From the NCBI GenBank assembly GCA_963422645.2, contig CAXXVO010000015.1, positions 64,001 to 128,000 on the forward strand: a stretch of DNA of 64,000 bases. Reading direction: 5' to 3'. Below are positions 31,104-39,963 of this stretch, piece by piece. Made by a program: the position numbers and the translations under genes. The notes under the pieces were generated by a model. It saw only the letters and a program-made list of their open reading frames with translations. It was not told the origin of the DNA and did not search any database. The stretch is from Alphaproteobacteria bacterium. Lineage in GTDB: Bacteria; Pseudomonadota; Alphaproteobacteria; UBA828. The first letter of the stretch is position 1. Each line of letters begins with the position of its first letter.

Positions 31104-33386
31104 TCAAATGGCGGAAAGAGCCGGGGGCTGGAAGACGAATCGGAGTTGCGTTCCCGGATAGAGGTGCGATTCGGCGGTGAGATTTTCGCAGAGATGAGCG
31201 AGAGCGCGGTTGAATCGCGGGTTGGCCATGGAGTGGAAGCGGAGGATGAGTATCTGTCGTTCGGGTCGCGGGATCATGTCGGCCGGAAGCTGGTAGACCG
31301 CCTTGAGGAAAGTGCGGCCCTCCTCGGCATCGCGCATGAACAGCGGTGCGATCATGGGCAGCATCGCACTCTCGGCGCGGTATGCGATCATGCGGATCAG
31401 GTCGGTGAAGCGCTTGCGTTCGATCTCGAGACGAACGATGTCCGCCTCGTCCATCACGGTCTTGGCCGACACCTTCTTCGGCAAGGCTCTCTTCCCGGCC
31501 CGGATCTCCTTGAGGATACGGTCGAACTCGCCGATCCATTCCCTGATGTCCGGCAGGTCCGGATCGCTCGGCTTCCGGTCGCGCAGTTCGCCGTAGCGAA
31601 TGCGAAGCTTGTCGAGCGCCTTCTTCACGATCTTCCGGCTTTTCTCCAGAGCCTTGATCTGAGGATTTGCCATCGGGCGGTCGGGGTCTGCGGCTTCTGC
31701 GGCATAGCTGCACCGATGGTCGAGGGCGTATTCCTGGCGCATGTATTTGAAGTAGTTCTCCTGCCGCCATCGCGCGAACATCCGGGCGGCGACGGCGCCG
31801 GTCGACAGGTCGGTGCGCGTGGTCACGATCGAGGTCTGGTGGCCGTTGTCGCATAGCCTGCGAACTTCGCGCACTGTCAGAGAGTCACCGCCCCCGGTGC
31901 TGAGCGCGAGCGGCTTTTCGGCCAGCTTCCAGGTCATCGGCTTGCCTGCCTTCTGCCGGCCGCTCGGATCGACAACGGTGACGAAGTCCTGCTGTGGCCA
32001 GGGGGCGTAGCGACCCTTGCGATAGGTCATGATGTCGAAGCCGGCGATCGACCAGCGCTGGAAGGCAGCCGGGCTCCAGGCGCCGCGATCGAACACCACG
32101 GTCGGCCGCGGCCCGGCGCCGACCTCGTCGCGGATTTTCGGGAGAACCGCGTTCTCAAGCATCGACAGCAGGTCGTCATTGGCTTCGGCGGTGACGAAGA
32201 ACCAGGGCTGCGCCTGCGCGTCGTTCACCCAGGTATCGGAGGTCGCCGGCATGCACAGCCGACGCTGCGGCGACCAGGTCTTCGGGATCTTGTACTTGCG
32301 GCCATGATAGGGCCGGACATGGCCGTCGACATAGAGATAGCCCAGCGCCTCGGGGCGCGCCCAACGCCGGGCCAGCGCATCGGCGAAGTGGCGCGCCTTG
32401 CCCATGGCGCCGATTTCCGCGAGCTTGCGGCGCAAGGTCTTCACCTCCGGCGCGCGGTCGAGGCCGAGCAGCAGGCCGAGTTCGCCCGGCGCATGGGCTT
32501 TGAGCTGCTCCGGCGTGCGTATCCGCAGCAGCGCCATGAAGGTGAGCAACAACAGCACGCTGCACAGACCGAAGAAGCCCTTCTTGAGATGGCCGTAGGC
32601 TTGCTCGCCGGCCGCGAACAGGCCCTGATCCAGCACCGCCGGCAGCGCCAGCAGCACACCGGCTCCCGGCACCGCTTCCGCCGCCTGCACCTGCATCGGC
32701 GCCTCCGTCAGGCGGCCGGCCATCGCCAGAGTCCGTTCCTCAATCCGCTTGACGGCAACACCGGCGCTGCACTGCGCATCCGCCGCCGAACGCAGCGACG
32801 GTCCCGGCCCGGTCTCCAGGATGCCCTGTGGGAGCGACAACGATACCGGCGCTTCCGTTCGCTGAGCGCCCGGCGCCGGTGCAGCTGCAACCGAACCCTG
32901 CGCCGGCCCGGCACCCTTGCCTCCTCGCGCCGTCCGCTTGCCCGGCCGCACCAGCTTGCCGGTCTTGATCGCCGCCCTGACGCACCCTTCCGAGACCCCG
33001 ACGGCACGCCCTGTTGCCGACACGCTCGCACCTGCGTCGAGCAGCTCCTGTGCCAGGGTGAGCTCGGCCCCGGCCAGCTTGTATCCTTTTCTTGGACGCG
33101 GCTTCGCGATGAGCGCCTCCAGCCCACCGTCGAGATACTTGTCACGATTGCGCCGGACGGTCTGCCCGCTGACACCCATCGCCCTTGCCAGAGCTTCGGC
33201 TGAGACCAGACGCTGTGCAGTGAGCATCGCCATTGCGTGGCGTTTCCCGAGGGCATCGTCTTCGGCATAGGTGAAGATCGGGCCCGCGCTGTTGAAAAAG
33301 ACGACCCTTCCGTCCTCTTCGACCATTGCGAGCGTCTCGGAGATGACGATGGCGTTTTCCGGCCACAGCGGAAACTGAAGCTGCAT
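31104..33386 (-). CDS. Large putative DDE transposase (760 aa) with N-terminal HTHs
   Basis: Motifs LYVDGH, VVFDRG and MFARWRQENYFKY (YREK-like); fills the IR-bounded element. Confidence 0.85.
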   Translation of the reverse strand: MQLQFPLWPENAIVISETLAMVEEDGRVVFFNSAGPIFTYAEDDALGKRHAMAMLTAQRLVSAEALARAMGVSGQTVRRNRDKYLDGGLEALIAKPRPRKGYKLAGAELTLAQELLDAGASVSATGRAVGVSEGCVRAAIKTGKLVRPGKRTARGGKGAGPAQGSVAAAPAPGAQRTEAPVSLSLPQGILETGPGPSLRSAADAQCSAGVAVKRIEERTLAMAGRLTEAPMQVQAAEAVPGAGVLLALPAVLDQGLFAAGEQAYGHLKKGFFGLCSVLLLLTFMALLRIRTPEQLKAHAPGELGLLLGLDRAPEVKTLRRKLAEIGAMGKARHFADALARRWARPEALGYLYVDGHVRPYHGRKYKIPKTWSPQRRLCMPATSDTWVNDAQAQPWFFVTAEANDDLLSMLENAVLPKIRDEVGAGPRPTVVFDRGAWSPAAFQRWSIAGFDIMTYRKGRYAPWPQQDFVTVVDPSGRQKAGKPMTWKLAEKPLALSTGGGDSLTVREVRRLCDNGHQTSIVTTRTDLSTGAVAARMFARWRQENYFKYMRQEYALDHRCSYAAEAADPDRPMANPQIKALEKSRKIVKKALDKLRIRYGELRDRKPSDPDLPDIREWIGEFDRILKEIRAGKRALPKKVSAKTVMDEADIVRLEIERKRFTDLIRMIAYRAESAMLPMIAPLFMRDAEEGRTFLKAVYQLPADMIPRPERQILILRFHSMANPRFNRALAHLCENLTAESHLYPGTQLRFVFQPPALSAI

Positions 33387-33480
33387 CGGCTATGTTCCTG
33401 AACCGCGTTGTGCCCCTTTGCCGCGCATTGTAAGCGAGTTCGGCTGCTCACTACGAGGCCCCTTTACAGCGCCCATATCA

Positions 33481-33510
33481 TTGACATTAGTTGGAATACC
33501 CTGCTATTCT
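33481..33510 (+). promoter_or_regulatory. Putative outward-facing sigma70 promoter in the nested IS end
   Basis: TTGACA-N18-TATTCT with an extended -10 TG. Confidence 0.45.
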
Positions 33511-34212
33511 GACCGCTTCTTTCTGCCGCTCGTCCCGCATCTTTTCGCCTCAACACTTGACATTACGAAGGTCGGCCGGCGGTTCCCAAAACATTCTCAA
33601 TGATTCAATCACTTACCAGCGTAATGTCAGGAGTTCTGACCTTGGGGGCGGGGCGCTGATGAAGCGCAAGCCGCCGGCCGTGCGTTCGATCGGCATCGAC
33701 CGCGATGCGCAGGCGCTCGAGGCCTTCGTCTGCGACTACCCGGTCGATCTGGTTCACGGCTGTGCCCATGACTTCCTGGCCTCGTTCCCGTTCCTGGGCC
33801 CGGAGCTGGTTTACAGCGATCCGCCCTATCTGCACGCGACCCGCCGCTCGGCGCAGCGCTACCGCTTCGAGTACGAGGAGGCCGGCCACGTCGCGCTTCT
33901 CGCGCTGCTCAAGGCTCTGCCCTGCCAGGTCATGATCTCGGGCCATCCGTCGGCGCTCTATGACGAGGTGCTGGCGGGATGGCGCCGGCTGGCGCTGCAG
34001 GTCACGACCCAGGGTCTGGTGCGAACCGAGGTCGTCTGGTTCAACTACGCCCCCGACCGGATGCATTGGGCCAGCCACGCAGGCCGGAACTTCACCGACC
34101 GCCAGCGCATCAAGCGCAAGGCAGCCAACTGGGGCCGGCGCTACCAGGCCTTGCCGCCGGGCGAACGCCTCGCCGTGCTCGCCGCCATGATGGCCGTCGA
34201 GGCCGAAGACAC

Positions 34213-35751
34213 GTGACGGTGTCGCACTGGCACGAAGACCTCGCCGCCCGTAACGAGGCCTTCTGCTGCCTGAAGGAGCTTCTCGAGCCATCATCCCTCG
34301 CAACCACTGTCGTCGTTGCCGTCCGGGAATGGGGGCAGGGGCTGCTGCGATCAGCCACCGCGCTCGCCCGGGAAAATGCCGCACTCGAGCAGGAGAACGC
34401 GGCCCTGCGCGAGCGCATCGCCGAACTCGAGCGCAGCGCGGCCCTCAACAGCACCACAAGCAGCAAGCCCCCCGCCAGCGACGGGCTCAAGAAGAAAAGC
34501 GGAGCCCAGAGGCGCACCCAAAGCCAGCGCGGAAAGTCCGGCGGGCCCAGTGGCGGCCAGCCCGGCCACAAGGGAACCACCCTCGCGCGGAGCGACAGCC
34601 CGGACCGTGTCGTCGATCACCACCCCTCCACCTGTTCCGGCTGTGGCGTCGAGCTCTCGGACGCCGACCGGCAAGGCGCGCCCGCCTGTCGGCAGGTCTT
34701 CGACGTACCCGAGCCGCAGCCTCTCGAGGTCACCGAACACCGCGCCCATCGCTGCCTCTGCGGCGCATGCGGCACGCTGACACGAGCCGCCTTCCCGCCG
34801 GGCGTCACCGCCCCGGTCCAGTACGGCCCTCGCATCACCGCTTGGGTGAGTTACCTGCTGTACGCCCAGTTCGTGCCCGAGAAGCGTCTGGCCGAACTCA
34901 TGAGCGACATCTTCGCGGTGTCCATCTCCACTGCCACGATCGCCGCCATGGGCCGGCGCACAGCGCAGCGCTTCGAGGGCTTCCTCGACCATGTCGCCGA
35001 TCTGATCCGCACGCAGGCGCCGGTCAAGCACCTCGACGAGACCGGCCTGCGTATCGCCGCCCGTACCCGCTGGCTCCATGTGCTGTGCACCCCGTTGCTC
35101 ACCGTCCTGCGCATCGGCGAGGGACGCGGCGATGTCGAAAAGAACCTGAAAGGCATCCTCGTCCACGACGACTTCGCCCCCTACTTCACCATCAAGGGCG
35201 TCCGCCACGGCGCCTGCAACGCACATCACCTGCGCGAACTCCAGGCCCTGATCGACATCGAGAAGGAGGAATGGGCGGCGAGCATGCACCGCCTGCTTCA
35301 GCGCGCGCGCAGGGCCGCCCGCTTCGCCCGTGAGAAAGACCGTCAAGTCCCCGCCTCCCTGGTGGCCCGCATCTCAAGGGCATGGGACCGTATCCTCGAA
35401 GAAGCCATCGCCTTCCATGAGGCCCAACCGCCGCTCCAGATCGCAAAGCGAGGGCGAAAGAAACGCCGCATCGGCCACAACCTCGCGCGCCGCCTTCAAA
35501 AGCATAAGGAGGGCTGCCTGCGCTTCCTCACCGACCTGCGCACGCCGTTCACGAATAACGAGGCGGAGCGTGACATCCGTATGAACAAAGTGCATGAGAA
35601 GATCTCAGGCGGCTTCCGCTCCCTGCAAGGCGCCTGCAACTTCGCCGGAATGCGCAGCGTCATCGTCACCGCTCGAAAGCAAGGCTGGAACATCCTGCAA
35701 ATCCTGGCGCACCCGGAACCGATGCAGCTGATCCCTATACTGCGCTCCTGA
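34213..35751 (+). CDS. IS66-family transposase
   Basis: Same translation as 60691-62229; motifs HLDETG, HDDF and NNEAERDIR. Confidence 0.93.
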   Translation: MTVSHWHEDLAARNEAFCCLKELLEPSSLATTVVVAVREWGQGLLRSATALARENAALEQENAALRERIAELERSAALNSTTSSKPPASDGLKKKSGAQRRTQSQRGKSGGPSGGQPGHKGTTLARSDSPDRVVDHHPSTCSGCGVELSDADRQGAPACRQVFDVPEPQPLEVTEHRAHRCLCGACGTLTRAAFPPGVTAPVQYGPRITAWVSYLLYAQFVPEKRLAELMSDIFAVSISTATIAAMGRRTAQRFEGFLDHVADLIRTQAPVKHLDETGLRIAARTRWLHVLCTPLLTVLRIGEGRGDVEKNLKGILVHDDFAPYFTIKGVRHGACNAHHLRELQALIDIEKEEWAASMHRLLQRARRAARFAREKDRQVPASLVARISRAWDRILEEAIAFHEAQPPLQIAKRGRKKRRIGHNLARRLQKHKEGCLRFLTDLRTPFTNNEAERDIRMNKVHEKISGGFRSLQGACNFAGMRSVIVTARKQGWNILQILAHPEPMQLIPILRS

Positions 35752-35912
35752 ACTTCTCCGGCTCATCCTGAGTATCGCTGTCCTCTCATCTTGTTCGCGA
35801 CGCGGCGTTCATCATCCTCTCGCGCTCAAGAGAGTAGGCACCCCCGCGGCGTGGGGGCGTTGACGCAAAAGGAACTGGCTTGTTCCATAAGAGAGAGGGG
35901 GTACCTGGGCAG

Positions 35913-36206
35913 TTACGATGAATCATCGAACGCGGACATCCGCTTGAGCGATGACGCGCGGCGTTCGGCCCGAGCCTCCCGTTCCCAAGCTGCGACATCG
36001 ACCCCCTGCGCCTTGAGCGAGGCCTGCCAGCGATCGAGAGCCTCCAGCTTGTTCTTCACGCGCTGATTCTCGTCACCCGCCGCCGCGCGGATTGCGCGAC
36101 GCAGCACTTCGGATTTCGACACGTTCCAGCGGCGCGCGAGCGACTCCAGCGTGCGCACGGTCTCGACATCCAGCGAATAGGTCGATTTGATCGTCGTTAC
36201 GACCAT
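35913..36206 (-). CDS. CopG/ribbon-helix-helix protein, probable antitoxin (stop codon supplied by the IS)
   Basis: RHH pattern STYSLD..TV..LE.LARRWNVSKSEVLRRAI. Confidence 0.75.
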   Translation of the reverse strand: MVVTTIKSTYSLDVETVRTLESLARRWNVSKSEVLRRAIRAAAGDENQRVKNKLEALDRWQASLKAQGVDVAAWEREARAERRASSLKRMSAFDDSS

Positions 36207-36213
36207 AACGCTA

Positions 36214-36240
36214 AGTATGGCCGTACTCCAACTATGTCAA
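36214..36240 (-). promoter_or_regulatory. Putative promoter/operator of the RHH gene
   Basis: TTGACA at 36240-36235 and near-palindrome AGTATGGCCGTACT (36214-36227) just before the ATG. Confidence 0.45.
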
Positions 36241-36249
36241 GCCAACGAG

Positions 36250-37434
36250 TCAGGAGCCGGCAAAATAACGCTCCAGAACGCCGAGATAGATGTCCGCGAG
36301 CCGCTCCATCGCCTCCACCGGCACGCACTCGTCGGTGCGGTGCATGGTCCGGCCGATCAGGCCGAACTCGGCGACCGGGCAATAATCTTTGATGAAGCGC
36401 GCGTCCGAGGTGCCGCCGGTGGTGCTGAGAGTGGGGGTCCTGCCGGTCACGGCAGTCACGGAGTCGGCGACAATCGTGCTGAGCCGGCCCGGCGGGGTCA
36501 CGAAAGCCTCGCCCGAGACCTCGGTCACGAGCTCGTAGGGCTCGCCGGCCGCATCGAGGCATGCGCGGATGGTGCGCTTGAGACTCGTCCCGGTGTGGCG
36601 GTCGTTGAAGCGGACGTTGAAGCGCGCCGCTGCTGCACCGGGAATGATGTTCGTCGCCTCGTTGCCGACATCGATGGAGGTGAGCTCAATCCGGCTCGGC
36701 TGGAAGTGATCCGTGCCCTGGTCCAGCTCCAGCGCAAGCAGGGCATTGAGCAGGGTCACAAGACGGGGCAGGGGGTTGTCGGCGAGCATGGGATAGGCCA
36801 CGTGCCCCTGGCGGCCGGCGACGCGCAGTGTGCCGTTGAGGCTGCCGCGCCGGCCGATCTTCACCATCTCGCCGACCTCGTCGGGGTTGGTCGGCTCCCC
36901 AACCAGGCAGACATCGAGGGTCTCGCCTTGCGCGCCGAGCCAGTCCAACACCTTGCGCGTGCCGTTGACCGCCGGCCCCTCCTCGTCGCCGGTGATCAGC
37001 AGGCTGATGGGACCGGCCACGGCGCCGCCTGCGCCGAAGCGCGCCACTGCGGCGACGAAGGCCGCGATCGCCCCTTTCATGTCGCTCGCACCGCGCCCGT
37101 AGAGCACGCCGTCCTCCACTTGCGCCGCGAAGGGCTCGCGGGTCCAACCCGCACGATCCCCCGTTGGCACCACGTCGGTGTGGCCCGCGAAGCAGAAGTT
37201 GGGCCGGCCCTCGCCCCGCCTCGCGAAGAGGTTATCGACCCGCGCCGTGCCCGGCTCCTCGAAAGGCAGGCGGTGACACGTGAAGCCGAGCGTCTGGAGC
37301 GCGCCTTGAAGCACGTCGAGCGCGCCGCCATCCGCCGGCGTTACGCTCTCGCAGCGGATCAGCGCGCGGGCGAGCGCCAGCGGATGCGCGAGCGCCTCAG
37401 CGGATGCCAGGTCCTCCGTGCTCGCCCCGCTCAA
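36250..37434 (-). CDS. dapE: Succinyl-diaminopimelate desuccinylase
   Basis: Motifs [28 protein letters not shown] and GGTSDARF; TTG start overlaps the dapD stop. Confidence 0.96.
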   Translation of the reverse strand: MSGASTEDLASAEALAHPLALARALIRCESVTPADGGALDVLQGALQTLGFTCHRLPFEEPGTARVDNLFARRGEGRPNFCFAGHTDVVPTGDRAGWTREPFAAQVEDGVLYGRGASDMKGAIAAFVAAVARFGAGGAVAGPISLLITGDEEGPAVNGTRKVLDWLGAQGETLDVCLVGEPTNPDEVGEMVKIGRRGSLNGTLRVAGRQGHVAYPMLADNPLPRLVTLLNALLALELDQGTDHFQPSRIELTSIDVGNEATNIIPGAAAARFNVRFNDRHTGTSLKRTIRACLDAAGEPYELVTEVSGEAFVTPPGRLSTIVADSVTAVTGRTPTLSTTGGTSDARFIKDYCPVAEFGLIGRTMHRTDECVPVEAMERLADIYLGVLERYFAGS

Positions 37435-38276
37435 TTGCGAAGTAGCTCGTTGATCGAGGTCTTGGCCCGCGTGCCCGCGTCCACCCGCTTGACGATCACC
37501 GCGCAATAGAGGCTGGGGCCGGGCGAGCCGTCCGGAAGCGGCTTGCCCGGCAGCGAGCCCGGCACGACCACCGAGTAGGAAGGAATGCGCCCACGATGGA
37601 CCTCGCCGGTCTCACGGTCGATCACCCGCGTCGAGGCGCCGACGTAGACGCCCATCGACAGCACCGCGCCCTGCTCGACGATGACGCCTTCGGCCACCTC
37701 GCTGCGCGCGCCGACGAAGCAGTCGTCCTCGATGATCACCGGGTTCGCCTGGAGCGGCTCCAGCACGCCGCCGATCCCAGCGCCGCCGGAGATGTGGCAG
37801 TTCTTGCCGATCTGCGCGCAGCTCCCCACCGTGGCCCAGGTGTCGACCATGGTGCCGCTGTCCACGTAGGCGCCGATGTTCACGAAGGACGGCATCAGCA
37901 CCACACCGGGCGCGACGTATGCCGAGCGCCGCACAATGGCGCTGGGCACTGCACGGAAGCCTGCCTCTTGAAACCGGGCCTCGTCCCAGCCCGCGAACTT
38001 GGACGGCACCTTGTCGTACCAAGGCGTATCGGCCCCCGGCCCCCCCGGAATCGTCGCCATGTCGTTGAGCCGAAAGGAGAGCAGCACCGCCTTCTTCAGC
38101 CACTGATTGACGATCCACTCGTTGTCCCGCTTTTCAGCGACACGCGCCTCGCCGGAATCGAGCAGGGCGAGAGCGGCCTCCACCGCCTCCGCCGCGGCAC
38201 CGCCGCTCGTGGGCGAGAGCGTGTCGCGCTCCTCCCAGGCGGCTTCCACCGCGTGTTCGAGGTCTGCTGTATTCAC
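37431..38276 (-). CDS. dapD: Tetrahydrodipicolinate N-succinyltransferase
   Basis: Motifs [27 protein letters not shown] and KTSINELLR. Confidence 0.97.
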   Translation of the reverse strand: MNTADLEHAVEAAWEERDTLSPTSGGAAAEAVEAALALLDSGEARVAEKRDNEWIVNQWLKKAVLLSFRLNDMATIPGGPGADTPWYDKVPSKFAGWDEARFQEAGFRAVPSAIVRRSAYVAPGVVLMPSFVNIGAYVDSGTMVDTWATVGSCAQIGKNCHISGGAGIGGVLEPLQANPVIIEDDCFVGARSEVAEGVIVEQGAVLSMGVYVGASTRVIDRETGEVHRGRIPSYSVVVPGSLPGKPLPDGSPGPSLYCAVIVKRVDAGTRAKTSINELLRN

Positions 38277-38299
38277 GGGCCTCTCCCTTGCTCCTTGCT

Positions 38300-39019
38300 T
38301 CAGCCGCCCGTGCCGTCCGCCGCCGGCGCGGGTAGCGCGGCGAGCCAGGCGGGTAGATCGTCGGTCACGTAATCGGGCGTGATTTGCTCCGCGCCGGACG
38401 ACGCCCAAGCGCTGTCGTTTTGCACCCAAACGGTGGCCATTCCGAGCGCGGCTGCCGGCGCGAGGTTACGCAGAATGTCCTCGAAGAAGATGGCCCGCGT
38501 GGGCTCGACGTCGTGCACGTCCGCGAGCCGCGCATAGGCTTCGGGATAGGGCTTCGGCACCCAGTCAGCTGCTTCGATATCGTAGATCTCGCTGAAGTGG
38601 TGGCCGATGCCGAGCCGTGCCATCACGCGCTTGGCGTAGGGGGCATCGGCGTTGGTGAAGACCAGCTTGCGGCCGGGCAGCCGGCCCAGCGCCGTCTCCA
38701 GGATCTCGCTCCGCGCGATGGGCGTGAGATCGATGTCGTGCACATAGTCGAGAAAGGGCGCGGGCTCCATGCCGTGCTTGAGCATGAGGCCGCGCAGCGT
38801 GGTGCCGTATTTACGGAAGTAGCCCTTCTGCAGCTTGTGGGCCTCCTCCCGATCCACATCGAATGCGCTGGCGATGTAGTCGCCGATGCGTTGGCTGACC
38901 TGGTCGAAGAGGTGCGAGCTCGACGGATAGAGGGTGTTGTCGAGATCGAATATCCAGGTGTCGATGTGAGCGAGGTCGGCGCCGCCCGGTGCCGTGCGCG
39001 CGCCGTCGGTCAGTTGCAT
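38300..39019 (-). CDS. HAD-family pyrimidine 5'-nucleotidase
   Basis: Motifs [21 protein letters not shown] and FFED..RNL. Confidence 0.9.
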   Translation of the reverse strand: MQLTDGARTAPGGADLAHIDTWIFDLDNTLYPSSSHLFDQVSQRIGDYIASAFDVDREEAHKLQKGYFRKYGTTLRGLMLKHGMEPAPFLDYVHDIDLTPIARSEILETALGRLPGRKLVFTNADAPYAKRVMARLGIGHHFSEIYDIEAADWVPKPYPEAYARLADVHDVEPTRAIFFEDILRNLAPAAALGMATVWVQNDSAWASSGAEQITPDYVTDDLPAWLAALPAPAADGTGG

Positions 39020-39516
39020 TGGCCGCTGGAGCCCTCCGCGCACACCTTGTTGCCATCAATCCAGCGCGCCCCGCTGAGGTCGGCCTTGAGAAAATCGGTG
39101 GTGTCGAGCCGGGCGCCGGTGAAGTCGGCACCGCGCAGGTCGGCGCGGAAGAAGCGCGCGCGGCGGAGATCGGCGCCCTCGAACGAGGCGCCGGAGAGGT
39201 CCGACTTGGTGAAGTCGGTGCCGATCAGGCGCGCGCCGGCCCAGTTCGTATCCACCAGGACGGCGTCAGTGAACTTGGCGCGCCGGGCGTCGACGGCGCT
39301 GAAGTCGGCTCCGGTGAGGTCCGAGCGCGCGAAAAACCCGTCGCGCAGCGTGGCCCCGGCGAGGTCGACGTCGACGAAGGTCCGGTTGTCGAGAAGGCAG
39401 CGCCGCCAATCGACGCCTGGTTGCGGCGTGTCCGTGCACGCGGCTTGCGCGCCGGGTGCCGCGAGCGCAAGCAACGCCCCGATCAGCCCCGCCACCACGA
39501 CACTCGCTCGCCTCAT
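39010..39516 (-). CDS. Secreted pentapeptide-repeat protein
   Basis: Signal peptide; A(D/N)LxG repeats bounded by Cys motifs. Confidence 0.88.
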   Translation of the reverse strand: MRRASVVVAGLIGALLALAAPGAQAACTDTPQPGVDWRRCLLDNRTFVDVDLAGATLRDGFFARSDLTGADFSAVDARRAKFTDAVLVDTNWAGARLIGTDFTKSDLSGASFEGADLRRARFFRADLRGADFTGARLDTTDFLKADLSGARWIDGNKVCAEGSSGQCN

Positions 39517-39554
39517 TCTACCGGACACCACCTGAACCTATCCCGACGTGCCGC

Positions 39555-39779
39555 TCAGTCGCCCTTTGGGCCCAGTCTGTCGCCGCCCTCGGGCTCGTCG
39601 GCCTCATGATCGATCCGCTTACCGTCCTGCGCGCCATCGCCCCGGGCTGCCTCGACCTGCGTTGCTTGTCTTTCCGCCTTGGTGCGCCCTGTCCGCGCAC
39701 GGTTCGCCGCGCGTTGCTGCGCCTTCGCCGCCCTGTCGCGCTTCTTACGGAACTGGTTCAGGTTGACGACATCGCCCAT
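39555..39779 (-). CDS. Small basic protein (DUF4169-like)
   Basis: MGDVVNLNQFRKKR...ANRARTGRTKAER. Confidence 0.8.
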   Translation of the reverse strand: MGDVVNLNQFRKKRDRAAKAQQRAANRARTGRTKAERQATQVEAARGDGAQDGKRIDHEADEPEGGDRLGPKGD

Positions 39780-39963
39780 GACCAAAGGCCTTTCGGTACG
39801 CCGGCAAACATGGTCTAAGAAACGCGGGGCCTCCCATCCGATCAGACCCGTCCGATCGAGAGGCAAGCCTAGACGAAATGATTGGGGCTGTTAACCGGAG
39901 TCGACCGGGCCGGCATCGCTCGGGCAAAGTGCCCGTCCTCTCCGCCTCGAGGCATGGCCAACG

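Larger units (their letters stand above)
31080..33638 (-). mobile_element. Nested IS of unassigned family (IS4-superfamily-like DDE)
   Basis: Perfect 15-bp IR CAGAACTCCTGACAT; 5-bp TSD ACCTT at 31075-31079 and 33639-33643. Confidence 0.93.
30987..34216 (+). pseudogene. DNA adenine methyltransferase split by an IS within motif I
   Basis: MGYFGSK...YIESHL ends at 31079 and GGGALMKRK...DPPY resumes after 33643. Confidence 0.93.
30845..35916 (+). mobile_element. IS66-family MTase-carrying element (variant B), interrupted by a nested IS
   Basis: IRs GTAACT(A/G)CCCAGGTACCCC; 5072 bp minus the 2559-bp insert and 5-bp TSD gives 2508 bp, the length of the copy at 60526-63033; flanks do not form a TSD. 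Confidence 0.93.

Noticed and set aside
33979-34216. Programmed frameshift making an MTase-transposase fusion
   Set aside because: The transposase frame is open upstream, but no slippery heptamer is evident. The conserved GTGA overlap is explained more simply by translational coupling.
33491-34216. 241-aa ORF as an intact MTase with a new N-terminus
   Set aside because: It is a chimera of IS end sequence and the 3' MTase fragment and lacks YFGSK and the first half of motif I.
35752-35897. Hairpins in the IS 3' non-coding ends (also 6390-6640) as a guide-like RNA
   Set aside because: They are short GC hairpins that are not conserved between the three IS66 types, and no TnpB/IscB-like nuclease is present.
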